64,000 nucleotides of DNA from Carcharhinus longimanus (lineage: Eukaryota). Where the stretch lies: contig JASCQW010000072.1 of NCBI GenBank assembly GCA_030264375.1, forward strand, positions 93,862,682 through 93,926,681, read 5' to 3'. Position 1 is the stretch's first letter. Every line of letters begins with the position of its first letter. The notes beneath the pieces were generated by a model. That model did no database searches. It was given only the letters and a program-made list of their open reading frames with translations, and had not been told where the DNA came from. Position numbers and translations under genes: made by a program. Positions 35,179 to 48,279 of this stretch are shown here, piece by piece.

Positions 35179-38100
35179 TAGTGTTCAATCACACCTGTCT
35201 AAAACAGGTCCTGTCCTCAAAATTCCTTATGGGCAATTATTTCACATTTATTGATTAACAGCCTGGTTTGAGGCACAGGAACACTCTGTGACCTACAAAC
35301 CTGAAACCAAGGTTTCCTGGTTCAGAAACAGCAGTGTTACCAACGGAGCCACAGACTCCTCCCTGACAATTCGAAACATCTCACTATATGAACCCTATTG
35401 AACCACTTAGTAATTGTAAACATTTCTATCAGGCCACCTTTCAAATCATCTCTTTTCTAGGGAAAAAAAGAGCCCCAGCCTGTTCAGCTTTGCCTGATAG
35501 TTATGTGGGAGTGAGGTGTGTTTTCAAGTAATAGCTTGTAACAATTCTAGACTGTTGCAGACACAGTGATCATCAGATAGTTAAGGATAGATTGGCTGTG
35601 GGTCCTTTTAAGGTTTCGCTAAAAATGAATTTGAATTTAAATAGAAAATGCAGTTATAGGAATTTAGATATATTGTCCTTGATTAAACAGGCACTAGAAA
35701 GGCATTTGATGAAGTAGGTTTTACGCACTCCTGCAGTGTGTACTGACATGTCTGTATTATCTATAGTCACATGCATGCCTGTGATATCTAAAACTATTCA
35801 ATCATTTTGTGATTGCAAAACAGGCTCCAGTTGTTCTCACAATGTTTTAACCTCTTGAATGCTGCATTTTCTAAGTAGCAATATAATGCAGCACTTTGAG
35901 ATTCTATTGATATAAAGCTGAATAATACAGAGACAAATGCACAGAGCGTCATAAATTACTTTCCCCAATATTGGCTGAATAATCAAGGATGGGGTGGCTG
36001 GTTAGCTCAGTTGGTTAGATGGCTGGTGTGTGGATTAGATTAACAGCAACGGTGTGGGGTTTGACACCAGTTCTGGCTGAGGCCCTGCCTCTTCACCCTA
36101 CCTGTAGTAAAATGTCACAGCACTTTGCTATGGTTTGCTAAATAATCACTAAGAACTAAATAAGAAATCTAGAGTAGCAGCTCCCTGCAATACAATGCTC
36201 CGATCAAATATTTGGGTANNNNNNNNNNNNNNNNNNNNNNNNNNNNNNNNNNNNNNNNNNNNNNNNNNNNNNNNNNNNNNNNNNNNNNNNNNNNNNNNNN
36301 NNNNNNNNNNNNNNNNNNCTCCGATCAAATATTTGGGTAAGTATTAAAACTTGAAGTTGAAATAATGCTGCACAGTAGAAGGAACAAAAGCCAACCAGCA
36401 ACATCAAAGTCCTTTGGCCTCTGTTTTGATGGAACCATTAAAATATGAGGGAGCCATTAAAATATGAGGTTTACACAAACAGATTAATGCGTTCATGGCT
36501 AATATTGTACTGCACAATTTCAACCCAATGACTTTATAACTGGTGGTTAAAGTAGAGCAGAAATTCCTGGCACGGTTTCAAGGATTATAATTATACAACA
36601 TTGTGACCCACTTTAACATCAAGTTTTATAACCTTCACTTGAAATACTTTACTGCCTTAAAAAATCACGACAAGTTATCCATCACTGTCAGTAAATTAAA
36701 AATTAATTGTTTTCTGATGGCACGCAGATTTGCTTCCATTTGATTAGAGCTGTGTTGTTCAACAGCAGTATTAGCATACAAGGATTAATATTCTTGATGG
36801 CACCCACTATATATATAAAACATATATATCCATTGAGAAATAACCTACAGCAAATTAATTTGAAATTCTATCCAGTCTACATTGGGCAAGAGTTGCCCTT
36901 GCACACATTTTACCATATTACATTACCAGCTTTATGATAATTATTTGAACTGTATTACTTATTTGAAATGAACATGGATGACGTTAAAAAGAATATTCTT
37001 CCTCTTTTCATAAGTTGTAACTGAGTGGTCCATTGACAGGTACAAATTGCTAATACTTCAGGGTCAGGTAATGGGGATTTTTAGTTCAAGCACATATGTA
37101 AACAAGAATGTTTGACAGGCACATTATCCATTTGATAAGTCTTTGAGAGCATAATTTACTTTAGAATTTGATTTACAGTGCGTGCTTACACTGCGGTAAC
37201 TCTGCGAGAATACTTTTGAACAGTTCCTCACGGGGACAATAAATATAAATGTCCTTAAAACTGTAGTGCCTAATCACACCTGTCTAAAGCAGGCCCACAC
37301 TTGAAACAGTTGAGATATGCAGCCAAACACCAAACCCCACCACTTGATCTTTAACTATGTCTTTGTGCCACAGCAGACAGGCTGTCACAAAGGAATCCAC
37401 TGTGTGAAATGGGCTCCTGCAAAGAATTAGCACTCACGCAAACATTGTATGTTCAGCTTCAGGACACAATGTAATGAGAGAAGAGGGGAATTTAAAGAAT
37501 ATAAACAACTATACTTCGAAGAAAATGATTTAATCTGAGTTTCAGAATACAAGTGACCTCTATTCTCTACTGTGGTTATGTTGCAGGTACCTTTTCACAC
37601 TGAAACATGCATTTAAATAGTATAAGCTAACAGCAGTGTATTATATTGCATTGCACTCTGTCATGTAGAAAGCAAACCTCTGCAAAAATATACTTAAATG
37701 TATTTGCAAAGCTCTGCTCTGGAATACTGAAATTCTGGAATTTCTAACAGGAGAGTCACCTTTTTTCTGACATGAGAGGTTTAAAGGTGGTCCAAGGCCA
37801 TTTTCAAACTGCTAAGCCAATTTACTGCAGCTACTTATTATTTATAGCTAAATAGCATATTGCAGGAGATGCAAGAAGAGTAATGTAACTAAAATTTAAA
37901 GAAGAGATCAATTCAAGAGAAGTGTTAAAATCAGAGGTGGTGGCAGGCAATATTTTGAAAGTCATTGAAGAAAAGGCTCAGAAGGTCTTTCAATCCTTTG
38001 TCAAGAGGGGACAGGGGTGAGGCTAGGAATTGATAGATACACATACAGGGGATGGAAATCCAAGGTGCAGGCACAAGTCTGCAGGGAAATGATGGAACAG

Positions 38101-38729
38101 GTCAGTATGTGAGCATTTGGGGTAGTAGAAATGGTACCTCATGAGATATTTGCAAGAGAGGCATTGCCTGCCAGGTCATTCCATTTCATCACCATAGGTG
38201 AACATTGCATCATGCCTGAAGATGATGAACCAACTAATTCACCAATGCCTTTCAAAGAAAAGAACTTGTTACCATTGCTGAGTTTGGCTAAATTGGACTC
38301 CAGCCCCATATTGTTTGGTTAACTCCTAATGACCTTAGGAAAATTGGGAATAGTAATAGAAACTGTATTCTCTTGACCCACAGCCCAAGAACAGAAATAC
38401 CAAACCTAAGATCATAGAAAATGCTTAATTGTCACCAAATAGGCTACAGTTAAGTGGCTCAGCATGCACTGTAACTGCATGAAGAGGCACAGAACTAGAT
38501 GTTGAGTGCTATGTCTGCTCAACCTCAGTTGAATTTGAGGCAGTGAGGAGCAGAAAACATAGCAGGGAACCATTCTAGCATCCCTTGTCATGTACAAGAT
38601 CTTGCGCTCAAAGTTACAGCGGATGTTGTGTGAGCCAACACATATATTGGCAGGCTCATTCTACTGATAAATTGATAAGGGGCATGTGCAATGTATTGCT
38701 CATAATTAACATCCATGCGACACTGGATT

Positions 38730-38985
38730 ACATATGGCACAGAAAGAAGACGTTTGGTCCAGTCAGTCCATGCTGAGGTTTATGCTCCTGTTTGACCTCA
38801 TCGAAATTTATCATTATATCCCTCAAATCCCTTTCTGAGCTTTTTCCAAACTGGATTTATACTATTTGCTTCAACCTATGACAATGAGTTCCACATTCTT
38901 ACCATTCTTTGGGTGAAGAAGAATCTTCTAAATTCCAAATTAGATTTCTTGGTGACTATCTTATTTTGATGGTCTCCTCTTATGA
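38730..38985 (-). mobile_element. Degenerate CR1-type 3' end; similar copy at ~55330-55680
   Basis: gttccacatt...accattctttgggtgaag.ag...tttct.ggtgac.atcttat is shared between the two. Confidence 0.7.
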
Positions 38986-41408
38986 CACTTAAAGGTGGTT
39001 GAGGCACCTGGAGGGTGGGGTGGGGGTACTGTGTTGTGGGTAGGGAATTAGAAGTTAATGGTCAAAGGATCCTTTTTGAAGAAGTCACTTCTTCTGCATT
39101 CCTATGAGCAACAATAGAAATGTCCCCAACACCTCTACTGCAATTAAAATAACACAACCTCAGGAAAATATCCCCTGAAGAAAGAAGATTGATGATGAAT
39201 CTTCTGGAACACTCTCGTGGCTGGAAGACGGACAACCTCAATGATGCTGAAGCTGGAAGATTCACCTGATAGATGCCCCCCTGTTCATCAAAACTGCTAA
39301 AGTTCCATCCCAATACCAGTGAAAGTGGGAATCATCAGCTGATGTTGGTGGCATTATTCTCCTCCATCCAATTAAATATTGTGTTGAAAAAGCCCAATGC
39401 AACTCTTCCTTTCCTCTGGAGGAGGATTCACTTTAAGCAAGATGTTGTGCACGTTTGATTTGTAACCATTTCAAATCATAGCTGGTGCATCCCAACTAAA
39501 ATATTTGCGTTTATTTCAAGTGACAATGTATCATTTACAAAGCTTCAGTATAAACTTACCTATGAGTCAAAGTCTGATTTCTATCGTTTATTTAGGTTTT
39601 GTTCCAGGGATTTTGTTTTTCAAAAGCTTTCAAGTTGCAGTCTTTAAAAAAGAACCCACACATGCATGCTTAATCGGCTTCCACTTGAATCATAATATAA
39701 CATTTTCAAATGATGGAAAGCAGTAATTAAGAATTAAAATATTGATTAATAAACAGTTGAATTTTTGAGCAGTCTGCACGCAATTGAGAGGAAGCTAACT
39801 GTGCCCTAAGTAATTACTATGGCATCTTTGGGTTATATACAAGTTATGACTGCCTGGACTCTGTGTTTTGCCATTCACTGTTCCTAAGGGTCATTCCACA
39901 GTCTAAATGGCCCACTAAAACTGTAGCGTTGAAAGCTGTGGTTAAGTGAATCGCCCAAAGTCAAACTGACCCATAGGCAGCAGTAACATTCCCTTTCTAA
40001 TCCTCGATTCACGCTGAGTTAGTTGATCTCCTCCTGGGTGGCACCAGGTCATCATAATTGAGGAGGAGGAGAAAACAAAATCAGCCAAGAATTCCCAGTA
40101 TTAATTGTTGCCAATGACCCCTGGATGAAAGCCTGTGTGTTTATAAAAATTATAGGGTGAGCGCTGAATCAGGAAAGCTTGTGATGATTCTCATAATTGA
40201 ACTGCTTGCTAGTGCTCATTACCCAGGCCCATGGTGCAGATGCACCACCTAAGAAAGATTCTGGGTGACTGGCAGCTGTAAATGCCACGCGATGGTGGGC
40301 ACCTTCGGGACAGGAGAGGAATGGGCAGCGCCTTCAAATTTTATAAAGAGGGAACAATTGTGGAACTGTTATGAAGCACGTCAGGTAATAAGTTAGCCAC
40401 GCCACGCAGCCAGTCTAGAACAAAGCCAAGCTTTGTTCTTTGAACAACTAGGCACATGTTGAATAATATTTCCTCATTGTTACATTCAGGGGATAAAAAG
40501 AAACCTTTCGATTTCAAAGCTTTGCCCTCCAAACTGCAATCAACAGCCTTGATTGTTGAGCATGTTAAAGAATTCCCTCCATATGAATTCTTAGACGGGG
40601 AAACTTGAACCATCAATTCAAAGCTGAGGGGGAAAAAAAAGATTTATTATTGCCAACTCCATATGGAGTCAATTCTAACATAATGGATAATCAGTCCTTT
40701 CTAATATTGTTGCAAACCACGTTCGGATTAGTCCACTTCCTGCTTATATGTCTTGTGTTCTTATCCCCATACCCTCCTGACAAAGTAAGCTAAAACAAAC
40801 ACACGACCCAGTCAGTATAGGAGCTGCAAATCCACCACAAGAGAGAACAAAAGGCTTCACTGAAGCCTTTGTGGTATCTGCTGATGTTTTACATCTGAGC
40901 ATTTTTTTGTAAAAAAAAGGGACTGAGATTGTGGAGAGAATTGATGCAAACGCACGGATGACTAAACCTAAAGGAAAATCTTAGTCTTCCCATTTGACCA
41001 CAGTCACTCTGTGCGATAACTGTTCCACTGTTTCACCTACATGCTATCTAAAGTTTAAATTCTTGTCCAGAAATATTTATCTTTGTTCCTGGTATAACTT
41101 TTCAACATTTACTGTTCCTTGCCTTTTCTTTCTAAACTACCATGGTAACTGTTACAAATATTTATGCGTGTACAACTGTTGGCGCGGTAGGAATTGTTTC
41201 TCTTTGCAGTTACAGATGAGAAGCACAAAAGTAGATGTTGCAATGTCATGCAAGCACTACCCACAGTTTACACCTAAGTGCTGCAGGAGGTTAAATAAGT
41301 TACATTATAGCTGGAATTTGCTGTCCATGGTTTCCAGCGTTTTAATTCAGTTGTCGAACCAATGAATTCAGGAGCAGCAATTTGACAAAACTAAAACATG
41401 GCTTTTCA

Positions 41409-41722
41409 GAGAAACCCTACTCGGCAGAAGGAAGCCATTTGACCCATCGGGTCCACACTGACAACTATCCCACACAGGCCCTATGCCCATATTTACCCAG
41501 TTAATCCCTCTAACCTACACATCCCAGGACACTAGCGTGGCCAGTGCATCTAACCCACACAGCTTTGGACTGTGGAAGGAAAACCTGAGCACCCAGAGGA
41601 AACTGAAGCAGACAAAGGGAGAATGTGCAAACTCCACACAGGCAGTGACGCAAGCTGGGAATCGAACCTAGGTCCCTGGAGTTGTGAAGCAGCAGTGCTA
41701 ACCACTGTACCATCGTGCTACC
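41409..41722 (-). mobile_element. HE1/V-SINE-type SINE (tail A)
   Basis: Family head, centre and tail on the minus strand. Confidence 0.85.
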
Positions 41723-41944
41723 CCTGAAAATCAAAAATTTCATTGTTGATCATATCCCATCCGCTTGGAAAATTGTTAGGAAATGTCTGTAAGATTAATG
41801 AAAAAAAACCTGCCAAATTCACATGCCAGTGATATAATTTGACTTTGGTAATATTGAGATCCATGGAAATGAATATCAGGGGAAGAATTTATCTGGTGGC
41901 CAAGCTGGTGTTGCCTATTTCACACAATCACTCACCCCTTGTAA

Positions 41945-42190
41945 GTGAGAAAGAGAGGGAGAAACACACACACAGACGATCAGAGGCAGATATGCACAAA
42001 CAGAAAGAGATGTGAGGTATGAGAAACAAAGAGACGCACACACACAAGATAGAGAGATGCAAACATGCACAAAAGGTGTGAAGAATCCGCATACGTTTGC
42101 ACAAAGAATGATGTGCAAATACGTATAGCAAGACAGCCATAAACACACAGAAAGGAACAGATGGACAGAAAATGTTGAGGACACTTACAG
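41945..42190. repeat. Decayed (CA)/(GA)-type low-complexity tract
   Basis: Interrupted cacaca/gagaga runs; these explain the low-complexity ORFs here. Confidence 0.65.
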
Positions 42191-43014
42191 ATGCAGGCAG
42201 ATGCTGCCTTTACTGGCATTGGGTCAATTTTGTCCATTGAGAGGGCAGACCTGGTTTAACCAAAAGACAGTGGGCGGGATTTTCACTAAGCTGGAATTAC
42301 TTGGGAGCCTTTCAAATATGGCAGCAGATTTCTGGTTCCAGGATTCCTGCTGATTTTGGAATTTCTGACCCCATTCCCATGGTTTCTGATTTTTGTGAGC
42401 AGCAGACCCACACCGGGCACCCCTGACCTGGTTGGCTCCTTTGTGGGGATAGGAAATTCCTGAACCTCCACAGTTTTCTTGGAGTTGGGCCTGCTTTTCA
42501 AAGAGTCATGGTTTGCAGTACCTCAGGATGTGTCACGAACCACAATTTGCATGAGGGGACCATCTGAAAGGCAAGTTCAAAATCTCTGCCATATGCCCCT
42601 CCATGCCAAGACACGCTTTCCCACTATGGTTTCTCATGAACCCATTCCAAGTTATACCACCCAAACAAGCCCTATGCTCCTCCATGCCCATCCCATGCCT
42701 AGGCATGTCCCCCAAGCCTGATTATGTACAAAGAACCCATTAGCTTGTCGAAACACCTGCACCCCAGGGAAAACATTGCTTGGTTGACAGCTTTGGCGCT
42801 TTATCTTGTGTAATTAACATGATGAAATTGACAGCATAGCTCAGGGAGCCTTGAGACTTGAAAACAACTGTGTAAATGTAGGTGCATGTACTGTACTCCA
42901 GTGCAATAGAGAACCAGGGAGCTAAAATGTTCCAGCATCAGAACTTCTAAATGATCTGATTAGAACTCTAAAAACATAGTTACATCTGAATACTGTAGAG
43001 TTGACGTGCTTTAT

Positions 43015-43187
43015 AAGTTTATTCATTTATTAGTCACAAGTAGGCTTATATTAATGCTGCAATGAAATCACTGTGAAACTCCCCTAGTCGTCACATTCTG
43101 GTGCCCGTTCGGGTACATGGAGGGAGAATTTAGTATGGCCAATACACCTAACCAGCACGTCTTTTGGACTGTGGGAGGAAACCAGAG
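43015..43187 (-). mobile_element. 5'-truncated SINE, tail B
   Basis: Tail plus part of the central domain only. Confidence 0.85.
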
Positions 43188-43933
43188 AACGAAAAAAGCA
43201 CAGATACAAACTAAATTCCCGTTTTCCCGGGATGACTGCTGAGTTTTAATGGATCAATCGTCTGGTTTAATGAGAGGGCCAGGCAGAGTCCATCCAGTTG
43301 GGTAGGATGATTGAGCCTCAGTCAGCCGAGATGATCAATGCGGTCTTTGGGTGGGAGAGCCAAATCCCAGATTTCAGTCTGAGCAATTCAGCAACCTCCT
43401 CCCCTTGTTGGCTTTGCAGTCAGCTGTGAGACTCAGCCGTTTTAACACAACACAAAACAGCCTGACATGGCAGCTGAGTGAAATGCTAGTCAGCTGTGAC
43501 TTCTGTTTGGAGCAATGATCGGCTAATTAGAAAGGAGCAGCTTTCCTTATTAAATGGCTTCTACTTCATTATATTCAAAGTGCGTTTTGTCGGCTTTTTC
43601 TCCCTGTCCATGCAGGCTCGTACTTTCTTCTCCGTCCACCATTACGTGAATTAAGTTTTCCGTTTCAGTTTGTGTGTCCTGTGGCAGGATGGGGAGAGAG
43701 AGTTCCTCCTTCTTCTCCTCTGCGCAATGGACAGAAACCCCTCTTTCTCTCTACAAAACACCAGAGAGAGAATTGGGATCATGGAGAACCACTCAATCTC
43801 AGGGGTGTTGTCCAAGCCGGGGTCCTCCAATGAATTCCTTCAAAGGAGATTTACTACATTGAATACTTTGGACGGGTTCTCCCTCAGTGAGGGCCACTGA
43901 AATGCTATTGGCCAGAAATTGTTGGGAGATCAA

Positions 43934-44988
43934 GGGGCAAATTTTCCCAACCCACCTGCCACAGGAATTGTAGCGGGCGAGGGCCGGAAATGTCTGTTGG
44001 ACAGGAGTTCCCGGTTCCATGGTAAGCCCGGATGGAAAATCCCACCCAAAGTCTCTGATGGCATGACTACAAACTGCAACATTCCTGTAGTTGAGCCTTG
44101 TCCTGCTCCTATGGCCTCCTCCTACTCCTATTTTCTATGTTTCTATAGCGCTTGGGCCAAAGGGATCAAAGAATATGGGGGGAAGGTGAGATCAGGCTTT
44201 GATTTGGATGATCTATCATGATCATAATGAACGGTGCAGCAGGCTTGAAGGGCTGAATGGCCTCCCTCTGCTCCTATTTTTTGTTTCATTGTTTGAACCA
44301 CAGCTTTCTATTACCAAGGTGACAAGGAGGAAGGTGTGCCATCTCGAGAGAACTTGACAGGTGTTGATCCTACTTAGTCAGAATTGTGTTTGGGTCAAAA
44401 TGATGTCACTACATCTTACTTGAACATACTGATNNNNNNNNNNNNNNNNNNNNNNNNNNNNNNNNNNNNNNNNNNNNNNNNNNNNNNNNNNNNNNNNNNN
44501 NNNNNNNNNNNNNNNNNNNNNNNNNNNNNNNNNNNNNNNNNNNNNNNNNNNNNGATGAGGCACTTGCTCATTTCTACTGTGTATGTTTGTGATCTGAGCC
44601 AACTCTGGAGTTTAAACAGTCATTAGTGGGAATGGGGTCAGCAAATAATTTCTGAGATTTTGACTGCTCTTCTGACCTCTTAAAATCAGAAAATAGGAAC
44701 CATATTATGTTGGTGCACCTTGGTCCAATTAATCCAACCCTCTGGAGCTAAACTGCCAGGAAACTACACTTGATAGTGTCATGACTCAATTTTAATAAAT
44801 ATGTTAATGAAATCATATTAAAATTGATGGATTATTGACAGTTTCTTTGGGACAATTTGGGTAGGATTTTCCAGCCTCACCCACCCCAAAAACCAGAAAA
44901 TCCCACCCGAGGTCAACGGAACTTTCCATGGTTTGCTCCTCGCCTGCTCCAATTCCCGTGGCGGGCAGGATGGTAAAATTCACCCCTT
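43934..44988. mobile_element. Two copies of a ~120-bp MITE in opposite orientation (43934-44048 and 44859-44986), with a CR1 tail at ~44150-44280 between them
   Basis: The reverse complement of the second copy (ggggtgaattttaccatcctgcccgccacgggaattggagcaggcgagg...ggaaaatcctaccc) aligns to the first (ggggcaaattttcccaacccacctgccacaggaattgtagcgggcgagg...ggaaaatcccaccc). Confidence 0.75.
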
Positions 44989-45913
44989 AATGCTTAATTA
45001 TACAGATTTGAGCAGAATGTGGAACTCATTGCCTATTCATGTGCCAATACTTCCCTCTTCTTTCCACCCATGTTCAGACAGTTTCTCAACCTACAGGGAA
45101 TTTAGAAGGATTAGACCACTGGGCAATCAGGGAACACATGACTCCCAAAAGATCCAAAGAGAATTAGAAATCTGTTCTGCACATAAGACCATCAGATCAC
45201 TCGGACACGTCCCCACAATATGCACACAGATACATTGATCTCCACCAGCATTTATACACCAGAAAACCTAGTTCCCTGTTCCCCCTCTAAACTGCGAAGA
45301 AACTCTGATAGATGTACTCCTAGCATGATATTCGCGGATGGGTAGAATGCCATCAAGTAATCATCGGTTGGAAGGGTGGGACAATAACCCAGATTCGTCC
45401 ACTGCTGCCTCATGTCAGAATGGGAAGGGGCAACACAGTCTTCTGCCTACCCTGAGTCCCAGAGCTTAGAACTGCTTTTGGGTGGTGGGTGGGGTGGGGT
45501 GGGAGGGGGAGTGTTATGCATGCGGGGTTGTAATTCAGGTTTGTGTTGAGCTGAAATCAAATGGCACTTGCGTGAACTCCTTTGGGCCCATCTGCAAATA
45601 CCCTAAATGGAATCAAATAATTTCAATGTACATTTGTAACTGTGAAATGACTTGGCATTCATTATCCATAACATTGTGATTTTCTATAATAGTTATAAGG
45701 AAGCAGTAACGGCAGCATTAAGCGTGGTGTTAATTGGAATTACAATATGTAGGTTGCTGATTCTGTTCGAGGAAAGAGTGGTGAATAAGGGGGAGTAAAA
45801 GAAAAATTATGAAGCTGATGTAAGAGTACCAAAATTAAAGCATACTTTTAACCTGCTTGACTTTACTCATTGAATAAGTAAGCTTTTGTCACATCTCAGG
45901 GTCACCCACTCAC

Positions 45914-46022
45914 CTTCTGCATCTTCTGGTCTTGTAAGGTCAATGACCCCTGGACCAACCTTCACATCCTCCCCTGTTTTTCCTGTCAGCTGTTGTGCAA
46001 GATTCTCAAAGGGCACCCGTTC
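45914..46022 (-). CDS. SOX6: SOX6 internal coding exon (109 bp), [36 protein letters not shown](G)
   Basis: Hand translation of the minus strand. Acceptor ttctttcgattgcag|GAA, donor GAAG|gtgagt. The peptide matches the recalled vertebrate SOX6 segment ...[27 protein letters not shown]. It ends in phase 1, compatible with the next exon. Not in the ORF track. Confidence 0.93.
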
Positions 46023-46496
46023 CTGCAATCGAAAGAACCGAAAAATCTGTTAGTTTTTGTGTGTGACAGTCACTGTGTCAATCTTGGCAGCGTTAAGTGC
46101 TGCTGGATCGGCATCCAGCCTTCACCAGTTACTCATCCATCTTTTTTTACCCCCAAGGAACCTGACTTGTGTTTTACTCCTTACCCTGCTGTTTCAAAAC
46201 TCAAATGAGATAGCATAACAGATTGTAGTATTTCAGTATGAGGAAAACCTGTCGATGTTCCTTTTATCAGTATGAAACAATATTAAATGTCACATCTGCT
46301 TACATTGGGAGCAGTAAAAAAGTGACTCGGAGCTGAAAATTCGGTGATAGATTCTATCTATCATGGATAATGCATTATACAAGGCCAAAGTATTACCTGT
46401 TGTTCAAACTATTCTTGGAAGACAAAAATGCAACCAGCCTCCTTCACAAAAAATCCAATTTGGAAAGATACCTGCGATAAACTGTGGCCTGCTTGT

Positions 46497-46801
46497 ATCA
46501 CAGTGCAGAAGGAGGCCATTCGGCCCACCGAGTCTGCAGCAATCCCAATCCCACCCAGGCTCTATCCCCATAATCCCATTCATTTACCCTAGCTCGTCCT
46601 CCTACACTAAGGGGCAATTTACCATGGACAGTCCACCTAACCTACATGTTTTTTGGGCTGTGGGAGGAGACCGGTGCACCCGGAGGAAACCCACGCAGCC
46701 ACAGGGAGAATATGCAAACTCCAAACAGACAGTAACCCAGGCCGGGAATCGAACCTGGATCCTTGGTGCTGTGGGATAGCAGTGCTAATCACTGTGCCAC
46801 C
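46497..46801 (-). mobile_element. HE1/V-SINE-type SINE (tail A)
   Basis: Family match on the minus strand; source of ORF 46363..46779. Confidence 0.88.
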
Positions 46802-48279
46802 CAAATCCAGGCTATAGAATGGTGGGAAGTGTATGGCACTGGTTGCCAGTTTCCAATTTAGAATGAATTTATCTGATTCTCTAGCTGAGAGCTGGACTAA
46901 CTATAGAGCAATTAAAGTTTCTCTCAAAACTGCCTGTGGCATAAGCTCACGAGTCCATTTGTGATCAACACCATTGGTCTGAAGATGTACTTTTAGACAT
47001 TTGCATTCTACTACCAGAGCACTGCTTAAAAACAATCAGCAAATGCCATCTTCATTGAAAAACATTTTGGAAATTAATGGCGACTTAAAAATATGAAAGA
47101 CTAATTGGTTTTGGTCTAGACAGGTCTACATCTACAGCACCTGGAATTGGTGACAATGGAATGTTGAATTAAATTTAATTCCCCAGTCATTTTTAATATC
47201 TGTTCATTCAGGCTCCTGATCATTTCGAAATTGGTAAGACACTGTTTATGGTCTCCCATAGAGAGAGTACCCAATCATGTTAAGCTATGGAAAGATATAT
47301 GTTGATGATGCTTATCCATTAAGGAACTAAACAGACGTTGTTTTAGCTAGCTCACTTGAAATTCTTAACAATTACATTGAGAGGAATTCCATCCATTTTA
47401 TCTGAACTAGAGTAATCTAGATCTATGCAAAGAGAGTTCAATGTTACCACGGTAGGCAATATCTGTAACCTTACACATTTGTGTGTGTGTCATACAATGC
47501 ATGAATTTTCTTACCAGTTTGCACATTTTTCATTAACAAAAGACAAAAGAAAATTAAATTACTCTAATTAGATTACACTATCTTAAACAGAATAACAGTT
47601 CCAGTTTAACCTCACTCTCTTGTACGCAGTGCACAACAACTTCTTTCAATCTCTCACTGTTTATGAAAGACAGTTCAAATCCGTTCATCAGCATCAAACA
47701 GATTTTGAACATCTTGCCTCTTTGATGACACACTGCTCCAGTTCAGCTGGTATTGCTCTTTTACCACCACACAATCAATGGCATTCTTTCCAAAGTGCAT
47801 CTCAAACAGATTTACTTTTTAAAAAAGTCATTCCTCCTCTTCCCTTGCATACAATTTACTTTGACATTTCCTCATCTTTGCCAGTATGCTGCTAAATCAG
47901 CTGATACAGCCCAAGTGAGCGGTCAGCAATTTCCATGTCTACCTTGCCGTGCTTTTGCCTCAGCTCATGACAAAGCTTACAATGGGCCAAAGAGAAACTT
48001 TGCAAGCACAAGACCACGTCTTATTCCTCCACTGCAGTAGATATTCATTCCCAATAGTTACCAGCAGTGCCAAGTAATGTTTAACAGGGACCCATTTGTG
48101 AGCTCAAAATGATATCTCACCATTACATGAAACAGTCTTTCAGTTGGGCAAGAAAATAAGGGTTAAAATTATGTAACATAACTAATACGATAAATTTGCT
48201 TTTAAGAAAAGATTTTTTTATACTTACAATAATAGGATAACTTGGAACTTCTTGAAGACTGTATGCTACATTGTACCTC

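Noticed and set aside
36432-36469. 19-bp direct repeat (ga.ccattaaaatatgagg x2); similar short duplication at ~53592-53625
   Set aside because: Simple local slippage duplications with no further structure.
31057-43490. Exact 14-mer AGTGAAATGCTAGT shared by 31057-31070 and 43477-43490
   Set aside because: Several 14-mer matches are expected by chance within 64 kb and the flanking similarity is slight.
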